Assembly: GCA_038141425.1 (NCBI GenBank)
Contig: JAYQIC010000011.1
Location: 319,681-383,680 of the forward strand
Source of the DNA: Rhodospirillaceae bacterium
Lineage (GTDB): Bacteria; Pseudomonadota; Alphaproteobacteria; UBA7985
Reading direction: 5' to 3'
DNA length: 64,000 nucleotides
Shown: positions 1 to 9,796 of the stretch, in pieces
Layout of the letters: every line of letters begins with the position of its first letter
Position numbering within the stretch: position 1 is the stretch's first letter
Translations under genes and position numbers: made by a program
Notes under the pieces: generated by a model
What the model was told of the DNA's origin: nothing
The model's input: only the letters and a program-made list of their open reading frames with translations
Databases searched by the model: none

Positions 1-1119
1 GGCGTAATGGTATGCGGCCACGGCAGCCGCGACGAAGGGGCCGTGCGCGAGTTCGCGCAAGTGGCCGAGGGCCTGCGCACCCGCATGCCGCAGTTCGACG
101 TTGACTACGGCTATCTGGAGTTTGCCACCCCGATCATCCGCGATGGTCTGGACCGCCTGCGGGAGAAGGGTTGCAAGCGCATCCTCGCGGTGCCGGGGAT
201 GCTGTTCGCGGCGGGCCATGCCAAGAACGACATTCCGTCGGTGCTCAACACCTACGGCGCCCAGCACGACATCGAAATGCACTACGGCCGCGAGCTTGGC
301 GTCGATAACAAGATGATCCGCGCCGCCGGTGAGCGCGTGCGCGAAGCGGTCGAGCGCGCCAACGCAGAACAGGGCGAGGTCGCCCCGCACGAAACCCTGC
401 TGGTCGTGGTCGGTCGCGGTGCTTCCGACCCCGATGCCAACTCCAACGTCACCAAGATCACCCGCATGCTGTGGGAAGGGCTGGGCTTTGGCTGGGCCGA
501 AACCGCTTACTCTGGCGTAACCTTCCCGCTGGTCATTCCGGCGCTGGAAAAATGCGCCATGCTCGGCTTCAAGCGGATTGTCGTCTTCCCCTATTTCCTG
601 TTCACCGGCGTGCTGGTCAACCGTATCTATGACCAGACCGACGAAGTTGCGGCGGCCTTCCCCGGCCTGCAGTTCATCAAGGCCGGTTACCTCAATGACC
701 ACGATCTGGTGCTCGACACCTTCAAGGACCGGGTCGAGGAGTGCATGACCGGGCAGAACGTCATGAACTGCCTGAACTGTAAGTACCGCGAGCAGGTTCT
801 GGGCTTCGAGGCCGAAGTCGGCCTGCCGCAGGAATCGCACCATCACCACGTCGAGGGCGGCGACAAGACCGGTGGCGGGCACAGTCACGATCACGGCCAC
901 AGCCATAGCCACGAACACGATCATGCCCACGGGCACAGCCACGACCATGATCACAACCACGACCACGACCACGACCACCCGCACACCCACCATCCCTACC
1001 CCCACGCTGACCACCCCATGGGTCCGTGGTCGCTGCCCGGCACCAAGCAGGGCGAGCACCTCGTCTGCCCCTGCGGTCGCTGGGCCGTGACCAAAAACGA
1101 CGAACGCTTCGAGGCCTGA
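1..1119 (+). CDS. cbiX: Sirohydrochlorin cobaltochelatase, long CbiX form (N-terminus may start upstream of window)
   Basis: ORF 7..1119, and the frame stays open back to base 1. Two chelatase half-domains (VCGHGSRD..., VVVGRGASDPDAN...). MNCLNCK (MxCxxC, 763-780) plus a ~60-aa His-rich tail (838-1016), as in CbiX-long. Confidence 0.85.
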   Translation, partial: GVMVCGHGSRDEGAVREFAQVAEGLRTRMPQFDVDYGYLEFATPIIRDGLDRLREKGCKRILAVPGMLFAAGHAKNDIPSVLNTYGAQHDIEMHYGRELGVDNKMIRAAGERVREAVERANAEQGEVAPHETLLVVVGRGASDPDANSNVTKITRMLWEGLGFGWAETAYSGVTFPLVIPALEKCAMLGFKRIVVFPYFLFTGVLVNRIYDQTDEVAAAFPGLQFIKAGYLNDHDLVLDTFKDRVEECMTGQNVMNCLNCKYREQVLGFEAEVGLPQESHHHHVEGGDKTGGGHSHDHGHSHSHEHDHAHGHSHDHDHNHDHDHDHPHTHHPYPHADHPMGPWSLPGTKQGEHLVCPCGRWAVTKNDERFEA

Positions 1120-1125
1120 GACCCC

Positions 1126-1791
1126 GTGAAGTTTGACTACGAGAAGCAGCCGGACGCGATCTACGCGCAGTCCTTCGGGATCGTGGAGGGCGAGGCCGGG
1201 GCCGCGCTCGACCGCCTGCCTGCTGCGGCTCGGGACATCGCGGTGCGGATGATCCATGCCTGTGGCGAGCCCGGCATTGCCGGCAGTATTGTCGTATCCG
1301 ACGACTTCGTTGACGCAGCGCTGGGTGCGCTTGCGGGCGAACGGCCGGTCTATCTGGACGCCGAGATGGTGCGCATGGGGGTAATCCGGGCGGCCTTTCC
1401 ACCGAAAGTGCCGCTGCTGTGCACCACCCACGATCCACGCTCAGCGCCACTGGCTGCCGATATCGGCAACACCCGCTCGGCTGCCGGTGTCGGGCTGTGG
1501 GAAGACGATATCGAGGGCGGTCTGGCGGTCTTTGGCAACGCGCCGACCGCGCTGTTCTACTTCCTTGAGCAAGTGGCCGCCGAAGCGCTGCCCAAGCCCG
1601 CTGCCGTCGTCGGACTGCCGGTCGGCTTTGTCGGCGCGGCGGAGAGCAAGGCCGCGCTGGCCGAGCACGCCGGGGCGCTGGGCCTGCCGTTTCTGACCCT
1701 GACCGGGCGGCTGGGCGGGAGCGCTATGGCCGCGGCCGTGCTGAATGCGCTGGCGCGGATGGTCGCTGCCAAGGCGGAGGCGGCAGCGTGA
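1126..1791 (+). CDS. cobH: Precorrin-8X methylmutase
   Basis: 221-aa ORF with the CobH/CbiC family pattern (PDAIYAQSF, FGNAPTAL, VGLPVGFVGAAESK). Located inside the B12 operon. Confidence 0.9.
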   Translation: MKFDYEKQPDAIYAQSFGIVEGEAGAALDRLPAAARDIAVRMIHACGEPGIAGSIVVSDDFVDAALGALAGERPVYLDAEMVRMGVIRAAFPPKVPLLCTTHDPRSAPLAADIGNTRSAAGVGLWEDDIEGGLAVFGNAPTALFYFLEQVAAEALPKPAAVVGLPVGFVGAAESKAALAEHAGALGLPFLTLTGRLGGSAMAAAVLNALARMVAAKAEAAA

Positions 1792-3028
1792 CCCGGCCGT
1801 GGCTGTCCGTCATTGGTCTGGGGCCGGAGGGTGAGGCAGGCCTGACGCCGGGGCGCTGGCCGCGCTGGCTGAGGCGACGGACGTTTTCTGCGCTGAGCGT
1901 CATGCCGGTTTGCTGCCCGAGGCGCTGCTCGCTGGTAAATCTATCCATCACTGGCCTGCCTGGCATCAGGCTGAGGCCGTTCTGCGCCCGCTGGAGGGCC
2001 AGTCGGTCGCGGTTCTGGGGACCGGTGAGCCGTTTCATTTCGGCGTTGGTACGTCGCTGGTGCGCTGGTTCGGGATCGGCGCGCTGCGGGTGTTTCCGGC
2101 CTCGTCCGCCTTCGACCGGGCCTGCGCGCGGCTGGGGCTGAGCCAGCAGACAACGCCCTGTCTTTCCGCCTACGGTCGATCGCTGGGCGCGGTGTTGCTG
2201 CAAGCGCGGCCGGGCCGGACCATGCTGGTGCTGGGCGACGGAGAGCTGGGCCTGCGCCTTGGCCCGGCGCTGACCGCCATGGGGCTGGGTGCGAGCAGCC
2301 TGACGGCGCTGTCCCAGATGGACGGTGCCGAGGAGAGCCACCTCGACGCCCGCGCCCGCGACTGGGACCAGAGCGTCGATCCGATCACCACCTGGGCAAT
2401 CACGCCCGAGGCCGATGCCGATGCGAACCCCGACTGGCCGGCGCTGCGGCACGAGCCCTTCGGCCTGCCCGACGGCGCCTTCCGCCACGACGGCAAGTTG
2501 ACCAAGCGCGAGGTGCGGGCTGTCAGCCTGTCGGCGCTGCTGGCTGCACCCGGCGGCGGGCTGTGGGATATCGGCGCGGGCAGCGGCGCGATTGGGCTGG
2601 AATGGCTGCGCGCGCGGCCAGAGGGACAGGTTTTCGCCATTGAACCCCACGGTGAGCGCCGTGGCTTCATGGAAAAGAACGCCCGGCGCTTCGGACTGGG
2701 CCACGATGAGCGCGACCCCTTTACCGTGAGTGGCGCCCACGCGCCCGATGCTTTCGAGGCCGCGGGGTTCAGCCCCGATGCGGTCTTTGTTGGCGGCGGT
2801 TTGAGCCGCGAGGGCCTGCTCGACGGCGCGTGGCAGGCGCTGAACAGCGGCGGCGTACTCGTCGCCAATGCGGTCACGCTGGAGGGGCAGGCCGTGCTGT
2901 CGACCTGGCGCGAACGCGTGCACGGAGACTTCGCCACGCTGTCGGTCAGCCGGGGCGAGGCCGTCGGCCGATTCACCGGGCTGCGCCCGCTGATGCCCGT
3001 GCTGCAATGGGTGGGCCGAAAGCCATGA
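1788..3028 (+). CDS. cobL: Precorrin-6Y C5,15-methyltransferase (decarboxylating), frame-disrupted as sequenced
   Basis: GTGA overlap with the cobH stop. The first ~21 aa (MTRPWLSVIGLGPEGEAGLTP) are in the frame of ORF 1788..2141. The rest (ALAALAEATDVFCAERHAGLL..., SAM motif WDIGAGSGAIGLEW) is in the frame of ORF 1910..3028. Adding one G at run 1850-1854 joins them. Confidence 0.85.
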
Positions 3029-3769
3029 GCGACAACCATGTGAAATGGCGCCGGCACCGGCGGCACGGTTTATGGGGTCGGGGTCGGCCCCGGTGACCCG
3101 GAACTGCTGACCCTCAAGGCCCTGCGCCTGATCCGCGAAGCGCCGGTGCTGGCCTATGCGGCGGCGGAGGGCGTCCCGAGCTTCGCCCGCTCGATCGTCG
3201 AACCCCATCTCGAAGGCCTCGACGCCAAGGTCGAAATCCCCATGATCATGCCCATGGTCGCCGAGCGCTTTCCCGCTCAGGAGGTCTATGACCAGGGCGC
3301 GGCTGACATTCGCGACCATCTGCAGGCCGGACGGGACGTGGTGGTGCTGTGCGAGGGCGATCCGCTGTTCTACGGCTCATTCATGTATCTTTTCGGCCGC
3401 CTCGACGGCGCCTTTCCAATCACGGTGGTGCCGGGGGTGTCTTCGGTCATGGCCTGCGCAGCAGCGGCGGGATGGCCGCTGGTGGCGCGCAATGATGCCT
3501 TCCGCGTGCTGCCCGCGACCCTCGAAGACGACGCCTTGAGACAGCAGATCGACGATGCCGAAGGACTGGCGTTCATGAAGGTCGGCCGCCACCTCGGGCG
3601 GCTCAAGGCGCTGCTCTCTGCAGCCGGGCTGATCGAGCATGCGGTCTACGTCGAGCGCGCCAGCCTGCCCAACCAGCGGGTGGTGCCGTTGGTGGATCTC
3701 GACGAGGACCGCGCGCCCTATTTCTCCATGGTGCTGGTGCACCGTCGCGGGGGTGCCCATGTCCTCTGA
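3025..3769 (+). CDS. cobI: Precorrin-2 C20-methyltransferase, frame-disrupted near start as sequenced
   Basis: ATGA overlap with the cobL stop gives MSDNHV. The conserved N-terminus GTVYGVGVGPGDPELLTLKAL is open in the frame of ORF 3146..3769 but has no start codon. Removing one A from run 3043-3045 joins the two. Confidence 0.8.
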
Positions 3770-5537
3770 CGTGCTGTTTCTTTCACCACTGGAGCGCCAC
3801 GGCCCGGCGCTGGCCGGGTTGCGCGATGCGTTTGGCGGCGGCGAGGTGCTGGCCGGGGCCGGGTTCTCTGATGCGCTGCGTGCTGCCTTTGCTGAAGGAC
3901 GCCCCACCGTGGGCCTGTGCGCGGCTGGCATCCTGATCCGGCTGCTGGCCGGTCAGCTCCACGACAAACATAGTGAGCCGCCGGTGGTCATGGCGACCGA
4001 GGCGGGGGATTTCGTCCCCCTGCTCGGCGGGCACCACGGCGCCAACCGGCTTGCGCAGGATCTGGCCAAGGCCGGGGCGGGCTTTGCCCTGATCAGCACG
4101 GCCTCCGATGCGGCCCTTGGTGCGGCGGTCGAGGACCCCGCGCCCGGCTACGCCCTGACCAACCCGGAGCACGCCGCGGCATTCCAGCGACGGCTGGCCG
4201 GGGGCGAGGCGGTGAATGGCGTAAGGGTGCAGGGCGATTGGCCGCTGCGCAGCGACGGTCCTGCCCGCGAAAATCCTGCTGCGATCCTGTCGCTGGGTAC
4301 CGAAGGCGAGGGCAGCGAATCCCATCTGCGCTACTGCCGCCGTGACCGCGTGCTCGGGCTGGGCTGTGAGCGCGGTGCGGAGCCCGAGGCCATGACCACG
4401 GCCGTGATCATGGCGTTGGAGCAGGCCAGGATCGACCCGCTGGCGCTTGCTGGAATCGCCAGCGTGGACCTCAAGCAGGATGAACCCGCACTGGCCCGTC
4501 TGTCAGAGCGGCTGGGCCTGCCGCTGCGGTTTTTCCGCGCCGAAGACCTCGCCGGGGTCAGCGTCCCCAACCCTTCAACGGTGGTGAAAGCCGAGATCGG
4601 TACCCCGTCGGTGGCTGAGGCTGCCGCGCTGCTGGGTGCCCGTGACAGTGGCGCGTCCGCTGCGCTGGTGCTGGAAAAGCAGAAATTCGGCATTGGCACG
4701 CTGGCGCTGGCCCGCGCGTCGGGGGCGATCACTAATTTTGAGGCTGTCGGCACGCCGCGCGGCCAGCTGCAGCTGGTCGGGCTGGGTCCGGGTCGGGCAG
4801 ACTGGCGGTTGAGCGGCACCGCCGCCGCGCTGCGCAGCGCTGACCACCTCGTGGGCTATGGATACTACACCGATCAGGTGCAACCGCTGCCCCATCAGCA
4901 GGTGCACACCTTCGCGCTGGGTGAAGAAGAACAGCGCTGTCAGTTTGCCCTTGATCTGGCCGCAACCGGCGCTTCGGTCGCGCTGATCTGCTCGGGCGAT
5001 GCCGGGGTCTATGCCATGGGCGCGCTGACCTTCGAGCTCGCCGCCCGCTCGGAGGACCGGCGAGTTCAGGCCGTGGATATTCAGGCCCACCCCGGGATCA
5101 GCGCTATGTTCGGCGCAGCCGCGCGGCTGGGGGCGCCACTGGGACACGATTTCTGCGCCGTGTCGCTCTCCGACCTGATGACGCCGTGGAGCGTGATCGA
5201 ACGCCGGTTGCAAGGGGCCGCCAGCGCGGATTTCGTGGTCTGCTTCTACAATCCCGTCCGCCGCAAGCGTGACTGGCAGCTGGCGGCGGCGCGCGACATC
5301 CTGCTCGCCCATCGGCCTGCGGAGACGCCGGTGGTGATCTGCCGTCAGATCGGCCGCGCGGAGGAGAGCTACACCCACCGTTATCTGGGCAGTCTGGATC
5401 CAGCCGAAGTCGACATGTTCTGCATGGTCATGGTCGGCTCGTCCCAGACCCGGCGCTTCCAGCCGGTTAAGAACGGCCCCACGCACCTGTTCACACCGCG
5501 CGGTTACCTGAGCCGCGGAGAGGACCCCAAGGAATGA
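3759..5537 (+). CDS. cobJ: CbiG-like (cobalt-precorrin-5A hydrolase) / precorrin-3B C17-methyltransferase fusion
   Basis: ATG 3759 overlaps the cobI end. N-terminal and middle CbiG-like domains (GLCAAGILIRLLA..., PLLGGHHGAN, LGLGCERG). The C-terminal tetrapyrrole methylase starts at LQLVGLGPGRADW. Confidence 0.8.
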   Translation: MSSDVLFLSPLERHGPALAGLRDAFGGGEVLAGAGFSDALRAAFAEGRPTVGLCAAGILIRLLAGQLHDKHSEPPVVMATEAGDFVPLLGGHHGANRLAQDLAKAGAGFALISTASDAALGAAVEDPAPGYALTNPEHAAAFQRRLAGGEAVNGVRVQGDWPLRSDGPARENPAAILSLGTEGEGSESHLRYCRRDRVLGLGCERGAEPEAMTTAVIMALEQARIDPLALAGIASVDLKQDEPALARLSERLGLPLRFFRAEDLAGVSVPNPSTVVKAEIGTPSVAEAAALLGARDSGASAALVLEKQKFGIGTLALARASGAITNFEAVGTPRGQLQLVGLGPGRADWRLSGTAAALRSADHLVGYGYYTDQVQPLPHQQVHTFALGEEEQRCQFALDLAATGASVALICSGDAGVYAMGALTFELAARSEDRRVQAVDIQAHPGISAMFGAAARLGAPLGHDFCAVSLSDLMTPWSVIERRLQGAASADFVVCFYNPVRRKRDWQLAAARDILLAHRPAETPVVICRQIGRAEESYTHRYLGSLDPAEVDMFCMVMVGSSQTRRFQPVKNGPTHLFTPRGYLSRGEDPKE

Positions 5538-6313
5538 GCACTGAACCCATCCACTTCATCGGCGCCGGGCCGGGGTCGCCGGACCTGCTGACCCTGCGCG
5601 GGCGCGACCTCATCGCTGCTGCTGATCTGGTGCTCTACGCCGGGTCATTGGTGCCTGAAGGCGTGCTGATTCACGCGCGGGAGGGTGCCGATATCCGCGA
5701 TTCAGCCCCCATGGCACTGGACGAGATCATGGAGATCATGGAAGCCGCCTATCGCGCCGGGCAGCGGGTGGCGCGGGTGCACTCGGGCGACCCTTCGCTC
5801 TATGGCGCGGTGGCGGAGCAGGCGCGGCGGCTGCGCGCTGCCGATATTCCCTACGACATTACACCCGGGGTTTCCGCCTACACGGCTGCGGCGGCGACAC
5901 TCGGGGTCGAGCTGACTCTGCCAACGGTCTCGCAGTCGATCATCCTGACCCGGGTGGCCGGGCAGGCGACCGATATGCCTGAGCACGAAACGCTCGAAAA
6001 CTTTGCCGAAACCCGGTCGACGCTGGCCTTGCACCTGAGCATCCGGTACCTGCGCGACATCCAGCGGCGGCTGATTCCCTACTATGGCGAGGACTGTCCC
6101 TGCATCGTCGCCTACCGCGTTGGCTGGCCCGATGAGCAGTTCATCCACGGTACCCTCACGACCATCCGAGAGCAGGTTCGCGCTGCGAAAATTACCCGTA
6201 CGGCGATCATTTTTGTGGGACCGGTTCTCGGCGAAGCTGAATTTCCAGATTCCGCGCTATATGACGCCGATTATGAGCATATACTCAGGCACCGAAATCT
6301 GTCGAAGGACTGA
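5534..6313 (+). CDS. cobM: Precorrin-4 C11-methyltransferase
   Basis: 259-aa ORF with an ATGA overlap to the upstream gene. IHFIGAGPGSPDLLTLRG and VHSGDPSLYGA motifs of CobM/CbiF. Confidence 0.9.
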   Translation: MSTEPIHFIGAGPGSPDLLTLRGRDLIAAADLVLYAGSLVPEGVLIHAREGADIRDSAPMALDEIMEIMEAAYRAGQRVARVHSGDPSLYGAVAEQARRLRAADIPYDITPGVSAYTAAAATLGVELTLPTVSQSIILTRVAGQATDMPEHETLENFAETRSTLALHLSIRYLRDIQRRLIPYYGEDCPCIVAYRVGWPDEQFIHGTLTTIREQVRAAKITRTAIIFVGPVLGEAEFPDSALYDADYEHILRHRNLSKD

Positions 6314-6476
6314 GGCTCATCGGCCCGTGCCGGGGTGTGTGGCGTCTGATCACGCTGCTCTCGCCGGACCGTGACACCCCAGCGGCATCGATTTCTGGTA
6401 CCGGAAAGACAGCTTGGGTGGCCTGGCACCGGCCGGCTTTCGCTCTGGTATTCTGATTTAAGAATGGGGATTCGCG

Positions 6477-7064
6477 ATGTCACCGCGTGCGCTTTTTTCG
6501 TCTGTTCTGGCCGTGGTCGCCGCGCTGGGTGTGCTGGCCTGCGGGGCCTCGTCGCCCTACTTCGGGGCCGACCTGATCTACGCCCGCGTGATGATCGATT
6601 CCGAGGGCAAGCAGACCCCCGTGCGCGCCTATTTCCTGCGCGATGCCGATGCCTTTGAGCGCAATTATGTCGACCCTGACGTCAACTATGCTGCCGCTAA
6701 GCTGGACTTCGTGCATCCGACTTACATGATTGTTTTCAATGCCTTACCAGGGGCTTCGATTTCTCACACCCGCGATTTGTCCAAGGCGGCATCGCTGCTC
6801 GGCCGGGAACTGTGTCAAACCGCATCGGTGGGCCAGATCACCAAGGAAATGGACTGGAACACGGGCGAGCGGAAGGTCTATGTCGAGTGCGAGGGCCTGA
6901 CCGCGCGCTACGATCTCAATGAGGACGGAGAGCTGGCGTCGACCCGGGCAAACACCATCGACGACAGCTATATCCTCAACTATCGCGTGATCATGGACAC
7001 CAACGGTGACGACCCCGGATCGATGATCGCCATGCACCCCGACGGTCGCCGCGAACGCCTCTGA
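6477..7064 (+). CDS. Hypothetical lipoprotein
   Basis: 195-aa ORF with a signal peptide and lipobox (VLACG). No family recognised. Third-position GC looks lower than in neighbouring genes. Confidence 0.6.
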   Translation: MSPRALFSSVLAVVAALGVLACGASSPYFGADLIYARVMIDSEGKQTPVRAYFLRDADAFERNYVDPDVNYAAAKLDFVHPTYMIVFNALPGASISHTRDLSKAASLLGRELCQTASVGQITKEMDWNTGERKVYVECEGLTARYDLNEDGELASTRANTIDDSYILNYRVIMDTNGDDPGSMIAMHPDGRRERL

Positions 7065-7250
7065 TCCGACGCCTGAACACGGCTTCGGTGGGGTGTTCGC
7101 TGAGGATTATGGAGCGGCGCATAACGTCATGTTAGGGGCATCATTTTCCACAGATTATTCTGCATTCGCTCCACAGGACCTCTGGACCTGCCTGCTGCTG
7201 CGCCCCATTGTGGCGCATAATATTGTCACAGGGGTCGGGGTTCGCGCGAC

Positions 7251-7745
7251 GTGCTGGAGAGGGCTTCAGGGCTGAACATTTTGTTCGTGTGCACGGGAAA
7301 CACCTGTCGCTCACCCATGGCGGAGGGTGTGCTGCGGGCGCAGGCTGCTCTGTGGGGGGTCGGGGACCGGGTGCTGATCGACTCGGCTGGAACCACCCGC
7401 TGGCACGAAAGCCAGCCGCCGACCCCGGAGGCGCAGGTTGCGGCCCGGGCGCGGGGATACTTCATCAACGAGCTGCGATCCCGCCCGGTCGAAGCCGGCG
7501 ATTTTGATCGCTTTGACTGGATCATCGGCATGACCCCGGAGCATCAGCAGTTCCTGCGCGAGCGGCGGCGCAGCGCCGACCAGGCTCAAATCCTGCTGAT
7601 TACGGCATTTTCAACCAATCCGGGGTTTCGCGAAATCGCGGATCCCTTCTCGCAGGGGCAGGAAGCTTACGACATGGCTCTTGACCAGATCGAGCGCTGC
7701 TGCGCTGATATCCTCCTTCGCGTGAGAGCCAGCGTCGCAGCCTGA
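7251..7745 (+). CDS. Low-molecular-weight protein-tyrosine phosphatase
   Basis: LFVCTGNTCRSPMAEG (CX5R P-loop) near the N-terminus and a DP motif near the C-terminus. The exact start is uncertain. Confidence 0.85.
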   Translation: MLERASGLNILFVCTGNTCRSPMAEGVLRAQAALWGVGDRVLIDSAGTTRWHESQPPTPEAQVAARARGYFINELRSRPVEAGDFDRFDWIIGMTPEHQQFLRERRRSADQAQILLITAFSTNPGFREIADPFSQGQEAYDMALDQIERCCADILLRVRASVAA

Positions 7746-7842
7746 ACCGGCGCGGCCTTTGCTGAGCTTTCCGACCATGCCGTCGGCGCCCATGGTGCCG
7801 CGTCCCTGAGGGGCCGGCTCTCCTGTATTTTTTGAGGTCCCT

Positions 7843-8874
7843 GTGGCGCGTACTGACAACACTGAAAGCCCTGAGACGCCGGACATCACCGGTGAGACCA
7901 CACGTCGGTTCCAGACCGACGGTCGGTTGCTGTTGGGGATTGCAGCTTCGATCATCGCTGCCTTCATGCTGACAACCATGGACGCCATCGCCTTCAATCT
8001 GCGGCTGACCTACGGCGTGATCGAGATGCAGCTGATCCGGAACGTTTCAGCTATGGTGTTTCTGGTCTCGCTGATGCTGCTGCGGCGGGAACGCTTTGTG
8101 CCCTGGTTCGGCGGGGCTGGCATCGCGGTGTTCCGCGGTATCACGATCGTCCCCATCGGGTTTCTGTTCTTTTCGTCGTTCAAGCTGCTCGACCAGGGCT
8201 CGGCGACGGCGCTGATTTTCACCTACCCGCTGATGCTGACCGTGCTGGCGACGGTGTTTCTGGGCGAGCGGGCCGGGATCTGGCGCTGGGGGGCGCTGCT
8301 GATCGGCTTTGCCGGGGTGGTGGCGGTACAGGTGGCGCTGTGGCTGGCCAAGGGCGGTGAATGGGCGCTCGAAGACAGTGGGCGACCGCTGTGGCTGACG
8401 GCGACCTACGCCCTGCTGCCCGTGGCGGCGGCGGTGATGTTCTCGGTGAACATGATCTCTCTGCGGTTCATGCCCAAGGGGGTTCCGGCGATTTCCATCA
8501 CCTACGTCGGCGGGATTGCGTCACTTCTGACCATATTTCCGGTTTGGGTGTTATTCGGTGAGCGGATCCCCTTGGACTGGGCGGCCCACTGGTGGCAGTT
8601 CGGGCTGATGGGGGTGGTGGCGATCGGGGCGGCACAGGCGCTCAATATCGCCTATCGTTCAGCGCCAGCGGCGGTGGTGGGGTCGCTGGAATACGTGGCC
8701 ATTATCTTCGCGACCGGTCTGGCCTGGTTCACCCAATCACTGATACCGCCTGCGGGGATCTGGTTCGGTGTGGCGCTTATCATGACGGGTGGGATTGTGA
8801 CGGCGTGGCGGGAGTCGGTGCACGCGAGGCGGAAATTGAGTCGTGGGGATGGTGAAGCTGAGGCCAGTGATTAG
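7843..8874 (+). CDS. DMT/EamA-family transporter
   Basis: 343-aa ORF with about 10 hydrophobic helices in a duplicated EamA-like arrangement. Confidence 0.75.
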   Translation: MARTDNTESPETPDITGETTRRFQTDGRLLLGIAASIIAAFMLTTMDAIAFNLRLTYGVIEMQLIRNVSAMVFLVSLMLLRRERFVPWFGGAGIAVFRGITIVPIGFLFFSSFKLLDQGSATALIFTYPLMLTVLATVFLGERAGIWRWGALLIGFAGVVAVQVALWLAKGGEWALEDSGRPLWLTATYALLPVAAAVMFSVNMISLRFMPKGVPAISITYVGGIASLLTIFPVWVLFGERIPLDWAAHWWQFGLMGVVAIGAAQALNIAYRSAPAAVVGSLEYVAIIFATGLAWFTQSLIPPAGIWFGVALIMTGGIVTAWRESVHARRKLSRGDGEAEASD

Positions 8875-8876
8875 GG

Positions 8877-9181
8877 TTGCGCCGACCTTGTCTCGACCGC
8901 TTCGCGGTCTTCGCCAAGGCGTCGCGTAGTTGTTTGCTTTGCGCTCAACACTGCTTCGCCTTTGAGCGCGCTTGCAAAACGCCTTCGGCTTTGAGCGCGT
9001 TGGAGTTCCTCGCTGAAACAAGGTTGCGCCGACTTGTCCCCGACCGCGCTTCGCGCGGCGGGGCCAAGCGTCGCGCAACTCCTGGAGAAAAAGACGTCAG
9101 GCCGGGCGTAAGCGCGGCCTGTCCATTTGATTGCGCGGGGAGATTTGTAAGCCGCGAAGCGGCGTCAAATCGAGCACGCAA
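8877..9181. repeat. Hairpin-repeat mosaic cluster A (modules H2v-H4-H4-H2-H3-H1)
   Basis: Lies between convergent gene ends. H2 copies at 8877-8930 and 9022-9079, and H1 at 9131-9181. The same modules recur in clusters B-E. Confidence 0.9.
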
Positions 9182-9199
9182 CCCATGGACTGTTTGTGG

Positions 9200-9796
9200 T
9201 CAGGGGTAGAGTGGGTTTTCGGTCCATGCCGGCTCCGCTGTCTGGCCGCGTCAATCGCACCCGTTCGTGCAGCCGGAAATCACCTGCTCGCCAGAATTCC
9301 ATCGCCAGTGGTTGGAGGATAAAGCCACCCCAGTAGTCTGGTTTGGAGAAATATTCCTGCCCGTCAAACTGCGCTTCATACTTTGTAATCCGGTCCTCGA
9401 GCGCTGAGCGGTCGGAAGCGGTTGTGATTGAAGGCTGGCCCAGGCGCCAACGCGGGACCCACGCGCTCGGGTATCGAAATAAGCCTGAGATTCTTCTGCG
9501 CTGAGGCGCTCTACCGGGCCTTCCAGCCGCACCTGGCGGTCGAGTGTCTTCCAGTGGAACAGGGCGGCGGCACGGGGGTTGGCTTGCAAGGCCTGTCCCT
9601 TCCGCCCCTCGTAGTTCGTAAAAAAGCGAAAACCCCGGTCGTCGTGTCCCTTGAGCAGGACGATGCGGTTGCTCAGGGTTCCGTCATCGTCGAGCGTGGC
9701 CAGCGCCATAGCGTTGGGATCGTTGACCTCTGTCGCCGTAGCGTCTTCGAGCCATTGATTGAACAGGGCGAGCGGGTCCTGAACACGAAAGCTCAT
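9200..9796 (-). CDS. pdxH: Pyridoxamine 5'-phosphate oxidase, frame-disrupted as sequenced
   Basis: ORF 9251..9796 matches PdxH up to GAWASLQSQP. The conserved continuation SDRSALEDRITKYEAQF...YWGGFILQPLAMEFWRAGDFRLHER is in another frame (slip ~9419). The expected C-terminal ...NPLYP-stop needs a second slip at T-run 9216-9219. Confidence 0.85.

Noticed and set aside
1724-3319. Long antisense or shadow ORFs. Examples: 1724..3319(-) 531 aa, 14762..15637(+), 19746..21428(+) 560 aa, 48869..50740(+) 623 aa, 45475..46971(+), 35245..35880(-).
   Set aside because: They lie opposite well-supported conserved genes. They have Arg/Pro/Gly/Ala-rich low-complexity translations typical of open antisense frames in GC-rich DNA. 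No family motifs are present.
6314-6476. Cobalamin riboswitch downstream of cobM.
   Set aside because: I could not find the B12-box or the conserved GCCACTG / CGCAAC-type core elements on either strand. The region sits at the 3' end of the operon, not in a leader.
8945-9181. Recurrent small ORFs beginning MRARFDAASRLTNLP... Examples: 8945..9181(-), 12380..12571(-), 15656..15994(+), 33051..33281(-), 43647..43940(-), and the N-terminus of 11095..12132(-).
   Set aside because: The shared peptide is simply the translation of the palindromic H1 repeat. The flanking parts of these ORFs are unrelated and cross other repeat modules. They look like repeat DNA, not a gene family.
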